From positions 1 to 44,440 of IMG/VR virus record IMGVR_UViG_3300012682_000003: 44,440 nucleotides of DNA. The stretch is one strand, 5' to 3'. Of the stretch, positions 19,080 through 26,923 are shown piece after piece. The notes beneath the pieces are model-generated. The model saw nothing but the letters and a program-made list of their open reading frames with translations. It did not search any database and was not told the DNA's origin. The stretch is from a virus. Lineage: Duplodnaviria > Caudoviricetes. How positions within the stretch are numbered: position 1 is the first letter of the stretch; each line of letters begins with the position of its first letter. Made by a program: the position numbers and the translations under genes.

Positions 19080-19736
19080 TTAAAGCTTAAAGTTCTTTTC
19101 CTGTCCCTTCGGCGCTTTCGCAAGAACTTCTCCACCGTCAGGTCCATCCTGTTCGCCGGGAGGAATTCTAGAATCCTGCTGCGCCTTATTCAATACTTCC
19201 ATATCATGCTTAACCTGAGCATTAACATCAGTCGTATCAAACGTAGCTGCACTTGCAGGCGGCTGCTGAATAACTACAACCTTCAGTGGCTCAATACCAG
19301 TTGACGGTGTGGACGGAATAGGAATCCCCGTCTGACCCAATTCAAAAATCTTCTGATCGCGCTCGTAACGTGGATCACTCTTGAGACGCTTATCCGAATC
19401 AGCCTGCAACGTATATGCATCAGACGCTGCGTTAAGTGCAAGAGCCGCACTTGTCAACTGTGAAGTCGCTGCACTTGTCGGCGTATCTGCCAAACTACGT
19501 TCGCCGGGTGGCGTGGAATTCGGGTTCTTATCATAACGTTGTGACGTTGGCAACTTCGGTGCAGTATCCCCGGCCAGTTCCGTCGTCAACTTCTGAATCT
19601 GCTTAACTGCTTCGGTCTGCTTCTTATTTCTTTCTTCCGTTTCCTTACTTACAGAAGTAGGGGCCGGGGTCTTCTTATCCTTTGCAGCAGCGGCCTCTTC
19701 CTTTTCCTTCTGTTCCTTCTGCGCTTGAGTCGTCAT
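19080..19736 (-). CDS. Hypothetical low-complexity (Lys/Ala/Thr/Pro-rich) protein
   Basis: 218-aa ORF with TAATG coupling to the upstream mini-gene. Confidence 0.65.
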   Translation of the reverse strand: MTTQAQKEQKEKEEAAAAKDKKTPAPTSVSKETEERNKKQTEAVKQIQKLTTELAGDTAPKLPTSQRYDKNPNSTPPGERSLADTPTSAATSQLTSAALALNAASDAYTLQADSDKRLKSDPRYERDQKIFELGQTGIPIPSTPSTGIEPLKVVVIQQPPASAATFDTTDVNAQVKHDMEVLNKAQQDSRIPPGEQDGPDGGEVLAKAPKGQEKNFKL

Positions 19737-19858
19737 TATCGTGGCCTTTTTGGAGTGTACCGTGAAATCTTCTTCATGTGAGCTTGAAGCGTTTTCTGAA
19801 GGTTGCCCTTCTTAACGGTAATCGTGCGCGGGATTGGCGGATTCTTCGGTTTTGCCAT
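19736..19858 (-). CDS. 40-aa highly basic peptide, first gene of the virion operon
   Basis: Not in the ORF track. MAKPKNPPIPRTITVKKGNLQKTLQAHMKKISRYTPKRPR*; AAGGAAAGGA RBS; its stop overlaps the next ATG. Confidence 0.65.
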   Translation of the reverse strand: MAKPKNPPIPRTITVKKGNLQKTLQAHMKKISRYTPKRPR

Positions 19859-19927
19859 TTCCTTTCCTTCTTAAGTGATGAAATAAAAGGATAAGAAACT
19901 TGTGTGGAAAGAGTGGGCGCAACTTAC

Positions 19928-19956
19928 AATATACAACGAGGGCGGCCCATATGCAA
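19928..19956 (-). promoter_or_regulatory. Sigma70-type promoter for the virion operon
   Basis: TTGCAT-17 bp-TATATT on the minus strand, preceded by CAC as several of the plus-strand promoters are. Confidence 0.65.
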
Positions 19957-20264
19957 GTGCCGATCAATCACATACCCAAGTGTTTCCATATTCTCTTAAC
20001 GTTGAGAAGAAGCTAAAAGAAAAGTGTCCATAATTGAGACAACGATAAAAGTATGCTGCGAAAAATTTGAATAAAAAATAAGTGTACGTGATGGAAAGTG
20101 TTACGCGTTTTGTCAGAGTCATATTTTCTGCGGCGGCCTCGCTCATTTTTTGGGCACCCCACCCCAAGTTTATTAGAATTCTAATCTTTAAACACACGAA
20201 CTGTAACGGTAGAAGTTACAGGGCCGAGCGCCAAAGGATTAGAGAATTATAATGTGTCAGACAC

Positions 20265-20293
20265 TTGCGCCCCGCTGCGCGCTCGCTTATCTT
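20265..20293 (+). promoter_or_regulatory. Putative sigma70-type promoter
   Basis: cacTTGCGC-17 bp-TATCTT. Confidence 0.4.
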
Positions 20294-20368
20294 GTGTACA
20301 TCAGACAGGGCGCACGGACTGAGGCGCCGAACCTGAGAAAAGAAAAAGAAAAAAGATTCCAAAGGCAC

Positions 20369-20397
20369 TTGACAAACAATGTACCATGTGTTAGATT
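20369..20397 (+). promoter_or_regulatory. Early sigma70-type promoter
   Basis: TTGACA-17 bp-TAGATT with an A-rich upstream tract. Confidence 0.85.
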
Positions 20398-20448
20398 GTT
20401 GGAAGAGAAAAGAAACGGGATCGCCCACTAAAACAAACGGAGCGCAAA

Positions 20449-20583
20449 ATGTCGGAAGCTGAAGTGCGGGAATGTTTCGAGCTTGCACTAGCGAAACTTA
20501 TCACAATGAATGCACGACGCGCCACGCTCGCAAGTATTGAGGCCAAGCTACTCGCAGATATGCAGGCTCGGCCGGTAAGCTGA
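20449..20583 (+). CDS. 44-aa early protein
   Basis: Not in the ORF track. AACGGAGCGCAAA-ATG; MSEAEVRECFELALAKLITMNARRATLASIEAKLLADMQARPVS*. Confidence 0.65.
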   Translation: MSEAEVRECFELALAKLITMNARRATLASIEAKLLADMQARPVS

Positions 20584-20615
20584 AAAGGATTAGAAAAGAA
20601 TAATAAAGAAAAGGC

Positions 20616-20644
20616 TTGACAAACGTTGCACAGTGTGTTAGATT
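20616..20644 (+). promoter_or_regulatory. Early sigma70-type promoter
   Basis: TTGACA-17 bp-TAGATT with an A-rich upstream tract. Confidence 0.85.
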
Positions 20645-20689
20645 ATAGAAGACGAAATGAGCGAAACGCCAAACGAACGGAGCGCAAAA

Positions 20690-20890
20690 ATGATACGTAA
20701 GCTCGAATGGCAAGATAGTCAGTATGCGGTAGCCAGTAGTGACGTTGGAGTGATACTTGTAAGTGAAACTGCTACACAGACTGTGTATTACATTCCCACA
20801 AACATGCAGTTTGTACGTAGCACAAAATCGGTCGTAACATTTCGCAACGCAAGTTTAGTTCGGACGGACTGGGAACGTGCTTACATCTGA
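20690..20890 (+). CDS. 66-aa early protein
   Basis: Same AACGGAGCGCAAAA-ATG leader as the previous gene; MIRKLEWQDSQ... Confidence 0.65.
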   Translation: MIRKLEWQDSQYAVASSDVGVILVSETATQTVYYIPTNMQFVRSTKSVVTFRNASLVRTDWERAYI

Positions 20891-20956
20891 AAAGTAAACC
20901 GTCCTAAAAAGGAGACACCGAACAGGGACCGAAGAAAAGAAAGTTGACCGGAGCAC

Positions 20957-20985
20957 TTGACAAACGGTGTGCACAGTGTTAGATT
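20957..20985 (+). promoter_or_regulatory. Early sigma70-type promoter
   Basis: TTGACA-17 bp-TAGATT. Confidence 0.85.
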
Positions 20986-21090
20986 GTAAAACATGGAAGG
21001 GAAGCAGGAAAGCAGGAAACGGAAGCTAGTTTGCTTGCACAATGTAAGTAACCTAAAAGTTTCCGCAAACGTTAAACAGGAGATTTTAAA

Positions 21091-21492
21091 ATGTTGTTCG
21101 TCGCCAGCAAGAAGAGCATTAAGGCTGCTCACCCGACGCTTGGAAAAATCGAGATTGCCGGAGAATTTCCGCAGGCTGAGAGTCTGGACGATGCGGTAAA
21201 GTTCTGCGGGGGAGAAGTTGCGACACTGGAATTCATTAACAGTGCAATCGAGTACAATGCAAAGAACACGACGCGCGGTTTCGTTCGGAATTCTTCCGAG
21301 ACTGACGGTGTAGAAAAGATTGCAACCGGTGGCGCAGATGCGATGCGGAATTATGCGCCAAGTTCGGAGCGGACGCGCAAGGGAAATTACAAGGAGCGCG
21401 CGCAGAAGTTGGATGCTGTAACTGCACTTGTGGAGAGCGGCCGCGAGTTTACCCGCGAAGAACTGCTTGCACTTCTGATGGGCACCAAGTAA
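21091..21492 (+). CDS. Hypothetical early protein
   Basis: AGGAG RBS; 133-aa ORF. Confidence 0.75.
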   Translation: MLFVASKKSIKAAHPTLGKIEIAGEFPQAESLDDAVKFCGGEVATLEFINSAIEYNAKNTTRGFVRNSSETDGVEKIATGGADAMRNYAPSSERTRKGNYKERAQKLDAVTALVESGREFTREELLALLMGTK

Positions 21493-21600
21493 GTTTCGGA
21501 ATGTCGCGTCGGAATCAGCCGACACCAGTTTGCAAGTGACTGGCGCGACAATTTAGGTTCCACATTTCAAGAGTAGAAACATTTACAAAGTTAATAAGTA

Positions 21601-21846
21601 TTCCATACCCATACACGCCCCGGGCCGGGGATAGGGGAGGCATTAGGGGGGGTGTCCTAAAAAGTGGACAGCGAGTTAAAGAATTAAGGTTTAGGGTAGT
21701 TATGTATATAAAAAAAAAATTATACTACTAATACCTTACTTCAATAACAGTTACACCACTGTCACCCTTTTAGGACAGTGTCCACTTTTGGAGACACTAG
21801 GCTATGTCCCCCCTAGCCATATTGCGGGCCATGTATGGGTATGGAA
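21601..21846. repeat. Large imperfect inverted repeat around an AT-rich core (candidate replication origin)
   Basis: Perfect 15-bp arms at 21601-21615 and 21832-21846; inner 19-bp arms at 21652-21670 and 21779-21797; central A-tract at 21710-21719; non-coding. Confidence 0.7.
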
Positions 21847-21937
21847 ACGCAAAAAGATTAAGTCTCGGTAGATTAGATTTCCACAATGTTTCTAATGGTT
21901 GAGCCTAACCTAAATTGTAACAATTCACGAAAGGTAC

Positions 21938-21966
21938 TTGCGCGACGGTGCGGAATGTGTTACCTT
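21938..21966 (+). promoter_or_regulatory. Putative sigma70-type promoter
   Basis: acTTGCGC-17 bp-TACCTT, with a TGTGT spacer end like the other promoters. Confidence 0.5.
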
Positions 21967-22020
21967 TCCTCTTGTAAGCAATGAAGCAAGAGACACGAAA
22001 AATAAACGGGAGATAATGAA

Positions 22021-22644
22021 ATGGTAAGCGCAAAAGTTTCTGCCCTAATCGAGGAAGCACGACGCGAGCTTGACGCAATTGAAGCGCCAGAAGTTACACT
22101 GACGGAAGCAGAAAAGCTTACTCTGTCAGAAATGGAAAAGGTCACACTTGAATATGCTAAGACGATTGCACGACGCATGAACGTGCAGGATAACAGTTTC
22201 GTCATCCATTTCTCGCCTAATGCTAAGTATGATTTTCGTCTAATCCCCGGACAGGTAGTAACTATCATTTTCAAGTATCCTATTGCGGCCAATTTCAACA
22301 CACTTCTTCGGGATGCACTACGTAAGGTTCCTGCTCACGTTACAACTTTGTCAGTAGTACGTATCTCGACGGTGCAGAATGATAAGAAAGTATTCCGTCA
22401 GAAGTTTAAAGAAATTCTAGACGTAATGCCGGAAATTGCGCCTCTCTCACAGATTGACGTAACACACACTGAAACTATCACAATCAGGGACAGGGTTTCA
22501 GGTCTAGTAGAAGTTGTAAGTTATACTGACGGGAAATACAATAATGCGTTAATGACAGCACGCGTAAATCTCGGTCGGAAGATTGCACAACTTCAGTATG
22601 ATAGTGATGCGGAAGAAAGCGCGCTCACAAACGTGGCGCCATAA
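22021..22644 (+). CDS. Hypothetical protein
   Basis: GGGAG RBS; 207 aa. Confidence 0.75.
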   Translation: MVSAKVSALIEEARRELDAIEAPEVTLTEAEKLTLSEMEKVTLEYAKTIARRMNVQDNSFVIHFSPNAKYDFRLIPGQVVTIIFKYPIAANFNTLLRDALRKVPAHVTTLSVVRISTVQNDKKVFRQKFKEILDVMPEIAPLSQIDVTHTETITIRDRVSGLVEVVSYTDGKYNNALMTARVNLGRKIAQLQYDSDAEESALTNVAP

Positions 22645-22686
22645 TTTTCTCACCATATTTACATTGCAAGAAAAAAGAAAAAAGAA

Positions 22687-22848
22687 ATGTCAACACTTAA
22701 GAATGTAAATCACTGCGAACGTTGCAAACAGTCCACACGTATCAACAATATAGTTAAAGCGCGTGTATGTGCGACGTGTAAGCAAACTGTTTGCATGAAG
22801 TGTGTAAACAATATGAATTACAAAGTTTGCAAGTCTTGCACACCGTAA
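22687..22848 (+). CDS. 53-aa eight-cysteine zinc-finger protein (FYVE-like spacing)
   Basis: Not in the ORF track. MSTLKNVNHCERCKQSTRINNIVKARVCATCKQTVCMKCVNNMNYKVCKSCTP* has four CxxC. Confidence 0.75.
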   Translation: MSTLKNVNHCERCKQSTRINNIVKARVCATCKQTVCMKCVNNMNYKVCKSCTP

Positions 22849-22902
22849 TTCTCGCCTTTTGTAAAAGCATAATCACAAACGAAAATAAATCGAGAAAAGA
22901 AA

Positions 22903-25113
22903 ATGAATTACGAACAGTTAGAAAAAATGATGCGAGATATGCGTGACGTTGCACATGGTGAGGCACTTATTGATGCCGCTGCATATGATACACAACTAGC
23001 TAAGGAAAATGAAACAACGCAACGTGCTCTTATTGTTGCCGCCCATGTAGAAGCAATTGTAATTGACGAAATATTTAATTCACGAAAGCTAGTTGCGATT
23101 GTCAAGATTGACAACGTAAGTAGTGGACGTGTGTATTTCCACTCTACTGTTACGCGTTCCGATATTACGGAAGTTTTCACAAACGTTATAAGTTTCTACA
23201 AGAATACAAACATCGGCGGCAAGTCTTCTATTGCGATAAATGAATATGTTTCTTTTCGTGATGCAATTACAAAACTTCCGAATGTTACGTTTGTAATTCC
23301 GTCAGAGTTTGTAGCGGAACTAGAGTATATGGAAAATGGTCCAGATTATAAATTCGACTACGATGAAAAGTCGAAAATGATTACGTGTCTTGTGCATCCG
23401 AACTGCACACGAAACATTGTAACACGAGTAGACGGCGCAACTTATAACGGGCAGAAGAAACTGTATGTAATCCCGCGACTCGAAGCTTATAAAATCCCTG
23501 ACGTATTCGACGCGCTTGATGCTAATGGTATTGCGCCGAAAGTATTTTATAGCGATACCGCACGAGATATTATCACCTCGGAGTTGAGCGCGAGAATAAG
23601 TCTCGACGCGATTGCGTTAGCAACAGATGCAGATTATGAAGTTAAGTTTGCTGCTAGCGATTTTGCCATGCGACCGTTCCAGCGAGTCGGCGCTAAGTTT
23701 CTTGAACTGGCAGGAGGGCGCGGAATACTTGCGGACGAAATGGGATTGGGCAAAACAATTCAGTCACTCGCACTAGCTATTAAGAATAACTATGCGACGA
23801 TTGTAGTGTGTCCTGCGAACCTGAAAATTAATTGGGCACGAGAAATCTGTAGGCTCACAGGCAAGGTTCCAAAGGTAGCTTTTGGTTCTGCCCCATCCAA
23901 TGCAGATATTATTGAACTGCTAATAGAGCGTCCACAATTTATCATTATCAATTATGATATTGTAGGTCGAAAGGAAGAATTCAAGACTACCACAGTTGAC
24001 GCGGAAGGTTACAGTCACGAAAAGTATAACGAAAAGAATCCGTGGATCGACGTACTGAATATGGCCAAGTATGATATGACTATTCTGGATGAGGCACATT
24101 ACATTAAGAATCCCGATAGTCAGCGCACGAAAGGTACGATGAAACTGAAAACGCCTAAGCTGATTTGCATGACGGGTACGCCAGTTTTGAATCGTCCGGG
24201 TGAAATGTGGCCAATGCTTAACATGACATATCCTGATCTCTTTCCTTCTTATGCATCCTTCCTTAACACATACACGTACGACGGAAAGTCTGCTCGGAAT
24301 GTGAAGCAGTTGAGGGAAATGCTTAAGCGTATCATGATAAGGCGTCTAAAGAAAGATGTAGTTGCTGAATTGCCGCCGATCGTACGTATTAATGAGTATC
24401 ATGAACTCTCACCTAAAGCTAGAAAGTTATACACAAAGATATTGGACGGTGTGTACGACACTCTTAACCAATCGTCAGGAGAAATTGAGTCGAAGAATAT
24501 CACAAGTATCCTTACGCAGATTATGAGAATGAAGCAGGTTTCCGCAATTGATAAGGCAACTGCTACCGCTGATCTTGCTATTCAGTTATACGATAGTGCA
24601 GGACCAGACGAGAAGTATAAGAAGGTTCTGATCTTTACACAATTCAAACCAATTGCTTTCAAGTTGTCGCAACTGCTCGGGAATGAAGCACGCTGTTTTG
24701 TCAACCGTTCAGCTAATGGTAAAGAGTTTACGACAATTGACATAGTTGAAAGACAACGTTTGGTGGATAAGTTTCAGGAAGATAATGACGATGTTAAGTT
24801 TCTTATCGTCACGGAGAAAACAGCAAAGGAAGGTCTAAACATTACAGCAGCAGGTTCTGTAATCTTCAACGATCTTTTCTGGACTCCCGCAGGACACGAA
24901 CAGGGAGAAGCAAGAGCATATGGCAGACTCGGAGATTTGCATAGCGTAACATCATATTACATGCAAGCTGAGAACACAATTGACGAATGGATTATGGCGC
25001 TGCTCATGGAAAAGATGCAGATAATTACAGAAGTTGTTGAGGGCGTACAGGAATCCCGCGCCACCGATACCAGTATCGCAATGGCTCTCATTCAGAAGTT
25101 GCGGGGTCATTAG
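22903..25113 (+). CDS. SNF2-family (SMARCAL1/HARP-like) ATP-dependent helicase/translocase
   Basis: MRPFQ, ILADEMGLGKT, VVCPA.LK.NW..E, DEAH, MTGTPVLNRP, RRLKKDV, KVLIF, EGLNIT and QGEARAY. Confidence 0.93.
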   Translation: MNYEQLEKMMRDMRDVAHGEALIDAAAYDTQLAKENETTQRALIVAAHVEAIVIDEIFNSRKLVAIVKIDNVSSGRVYFHSTVTRSDITEVFTNVISFYKNTNIGGKSSIAINEYVSFRDAITKLPNVTFVIPSEFVAELEYMENGPDYKFDYDEKSKMITCLVHPNCTRNIVTRVDGATYNGQKKLYVIPRLEAYKIPDVFDALDANGIAPKVFYSDTARDIITSELSARISLDAIALATDADYEVKFAASDFAMRPFQRVGAKFLELAGGRGILADEMGLGKTIQSLALAIKNNYATIVVCPANLKINWAREICRLTGKVPKVAFGSAPSNADIIELLIERPQFIIINYDIVGRKEEFKTTTVDAEGYSHEKYNEKNPWIDVLNMAKYDMTILDEAHYIKNPDSQRTKGTMKLKTPKLICMTGTPVLNRPGEMWPMLNMTYPDLFPSYASFLNTYTYDGKSARNVKQLREMLKRIMIRRLKKDVVAELPPIVRINEYHELSPKARKLYTKILDGVYDTLNQSSGEIESKNITSILTQIMRMKQVSAIDKATATADLAIQLYDSAGPDEKYKKVLIFTQFKPIAFKLSQLLGNEARCFVNRSANGKEFTTIDIVERQRLVDKFQEDNDDVKFLIVTEKTAKEGLNITAAGSVIFNDLFWTPAGHEQGEARAYGRLGDLHSVTSYYMQAENTIDEWIMALLMEKMQIITEVVEGVQESRATDTSIAMALIQKLRGH

Positions 25114-25148
25114 TCGAGAACAGTTAGGAAGTGAAGTTGGAAAGAAAC

Positions 25149-25177
25149 TTGACAAAGCGTGCACATCAGGTTATATT
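25149..25177 (+). promoter_or_regulatory. Sigma70-type promoter
   Basis: TTGACA-17 bp-TATATT. Confidence 0.8.
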
Positions 25178-25216
25178 GACGGTGTGCACGCTCCCCCTCA
25201 TTATGTGGAGTGCAAA

Positions 25217-25453
25217 ATGTTAGACGAGAATATAAAAGTTGGGCAAGTGTGGAGAGTTGAAAATGTTCTTGGTTTCCCGAATACGTTTTACGTAATTAAG
25301 ATCACATATGTAAATGGTGAGATTGTTGCGGTCATACTGGACGAGAAGCGCAAGCCAATAACAAGCACAATTCTAGATTCGAGTGCGTACCTGTTAAAGC
25401 ACGGTACTCTTAGCGCAGACAAATTCAATGTGTGGATGAAGGAAAATGGATAA
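25217..25453 (+). CDS. Small beta-rich protein (KVGQVW motif)
   Basis: GGAGTGCAAA-ATG at 25217; MLDENIKVGQVWRV. Confidence 0.7.
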   Translation: MLDENIKVGQVWRVENVLGFPNTFYVIKITYVNGEIVAVILDEKRKPITSTILDSSAYLLKHGTLSADKFNVWMKENG

Positions 25454-25724
25454 TAAGATTGAGATTAAAGTTGGACAGGTTTGGGGCACGCCACTATCTA
25501 TGTCACCTTTCTATGTGATTGAGGAAGTTTTTCGTAACTTTAATGGTGACAAGAAGATTGCACGAGTAGGAATCTACGACGATTTCGGGTACGCTGTTAA
25601 TCGTATTGCATACCCAACATATGAGTATCTACGTGAGAATTGTCATCTAGTGCATGACGATGCAGAAATGTGGCGGAGTGGTATGCGGAACACTCATTTC
25701 GGGAGATTTCAAAGTGTTAGGTAA
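25446..25724 (+). CDS. Small beta-rich protein (KVGQVW motif)
   Basis: AAGGA RBS; MDNKIEIKVGQVWG. Confidence 0.7.
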   Translation: MDNKIEIKVGQVWGTPLSMSPFYVIEEVFRNFNGDKKIARVGIYDDFGYAVNRIAYPTYEYLRENCHLVHDDAEMWRSGMRNTHFGRFQSVR

Positions 25725-25914
25725 AATAAGGAATCCAAGAGTTGGAGAAGTTTACGAACACAACGTAATTGGTTCACAGTTTATGATAGCAACAATACTT
25801 GCGTTTGAGGAGATTGGAGTTTATTGGGCATGGCGACATTACGCAGGAATTAAGTTTGCAATTGTACCAGTTACTGCTAAATGGTTGAACGAAAACACAA
25901 CGCGCATTGCATAA
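25714..25914 (+). CDS. Small beta-rich protein (RVGEVY motif)
   Basis: GGGAG RBS, GTG start at 25714; MLGKIRNPRVGEVYEH. Confidence 0.6.
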   Translation: MLGKIRNPRVGEVYEHNVIGSQFMIATILAFEEIGVYWAWRHYAGIKFAIVPVTAKWLNENTTRIA

Positions 25915-25954
25915 CGCGCCACTATCTTTCTCACATTTTTAAGAGGATAAAGAA

Positions 25955-26233
25955 ATGCCCCACGCTACTGTTGTTACTGAACACTTTGTCAATCCAAATC
26001 CGAATGTTTCTATGGATGATATGTGTCTCGGTAAGCATGAGTTTTATTTCAATAACGAACGAGACATTGATGGTCTTGTCCCCACTAATTGTAGTGCGTG
26101 CGGTGCTATTTTTGACAAGGAAGATCGTGAAAGAATCGAGTGGTGGATGAATGAAAAGATGAGACTTGAATTGGATTTCGATGAGTACGGTCGTAAGATT
26201 CCAGAGAAGCGTTGTCGGAATGATCCATACTAA
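25955..26233 (+). CDS. Hypothetical protein with CxxxH...CxxC zinc-ribbon-like motif
   Basis: GAGG RBS; CLGKH and CSAC. Confidence 0.6.
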   Translation: MPHATVVTEHFVNPNPNVSMDDMCLGKHEFYFNNERDIDGLVPTNCSACGAIFDKEDRERIEWWMNEKMRLELDFDEYGRKIPEKRCRNDPY

Positions 26234-26248
26234 TCGTGGGAGATAAGC

Positions 26249-26461
26249 ATGAAAACATGTATAGAAATTGAAGCCGAAGCAAGAATAGGAATGATGCAAT
26301 CCCGTTTCTACAATCTTTGTTATCACATTATCGTACTCGGAGGTAACAGTCGTGAATGGACCAATTCAGAATCGTCCCGAGAGCGAGATGTATGTGCGCC
26401 AAAACTTTCCTTACTCACTAACGATATGGGGGCCACTGAAAACAAAGACAAACGAGTTTAG
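26249..26461 (+). CDS. Hypothetical protein
   Basis: GGGAG RBS; overlaps the alternative ORF 26352..26525. Confidence 0.4.
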   Translation: MKTCIEIEAEARIGMMQSRFYNLCYHIIVLGGNSREWTNSESSRERDVCAPKLSLLTNDMGATENKDKRV

Positions 26462-26525
26462 ATATGCTGATTGGATTGCGTGGTATTACAATCACATTCT
26501 TCCTTCCTTCGATCTTCCTGCTTGA
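26352..26525 (+). CDS. 57-aa hypothetical protein
   Basis: Not in the ORF track. GGAGGT RBS then GTG; MNGPIQNRPESEMYVRQNFPYSLTIWGPL... Confidence 0.45.
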   Translation: MNGPIQNRPESEMYVRQNFPYSLTIWGPLKTKTNEFRYADWIAWYYNHILPSFDLPA

Positions 26526-26620
26526 TGTTCGCGCGAAGCGCGGGATTACTAGATGCTCAGTTAATTCCGAACGGGGCGCAGCCCGGGATTACAAAGAGTG
26601 TAGGAAAAAATGAGAAACGA

Positions 26621-26818
26621 ATGAAAATTGCAGTTAAGGCACTTCATAAAAGTCCGCTCGCAATTGATAAGTCTAATCATGTATGCCAACATACAAGTTA
26701 TGGTGCTTGCCTTAATTGTAGACTTCCTTTTGCAACAAAAAGTGCTGATGGTCATTATTATTTAAAGGGATTTAGATTAGAATGGGATCACGCTTTGCTA
26801 AATAAGAATGTGAAATGA
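26621..26818 (+). CDS. Small hypothetical protein with CxH...CxxC
   Basis: Likely start MKIAVKAL at 26621, within track ORF 26471..26818. Confidence 0.45.
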   Translation: MKIAVKALHKSPLAIDKSNHVCQHTSYGACLNCRLPFATKSADGHYYLKGFRLEWDHALLNKNVK

Positions 26819-26832
26819 ATGTGAAAAGAAAC

Positions 26833-26861
26833 TTGACTTTCACTGGTACACAGGTTAGATT
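26833..26861 (+). promoter_or_regulatory. Sigma70-type promoter
   Basis: TTGACT-17 bp-TAGATT. Confidence 0.8.
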
Positions 26862-26923
26862 GTTCCACATGGGGCGGCCACTCCGGCGTCAGTTAAGACT
26901 AACTTAAACTAATCGAGAAGAAA

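Noticed and set aside
19964-20713. Minus-strand ORFs 19964..20197, 20216..20488 and 20501..20713
   Set aside because: They overlap promoters and better-supported plus-strand mini-genes, and lack RBS or protein-like composition
20369-20985. CRISPR-like or attC-like array
   Set aside because: The repeats are -35/-10 promoter elements with unequal spacing (247 and 341 bp) and intervening ORFs; no cas1 or integrase is present
21502-21550. tRNA gene
   Set aside because: Only about 50 nt with two arms; no T-loop GTTC in position and no anticodon arm
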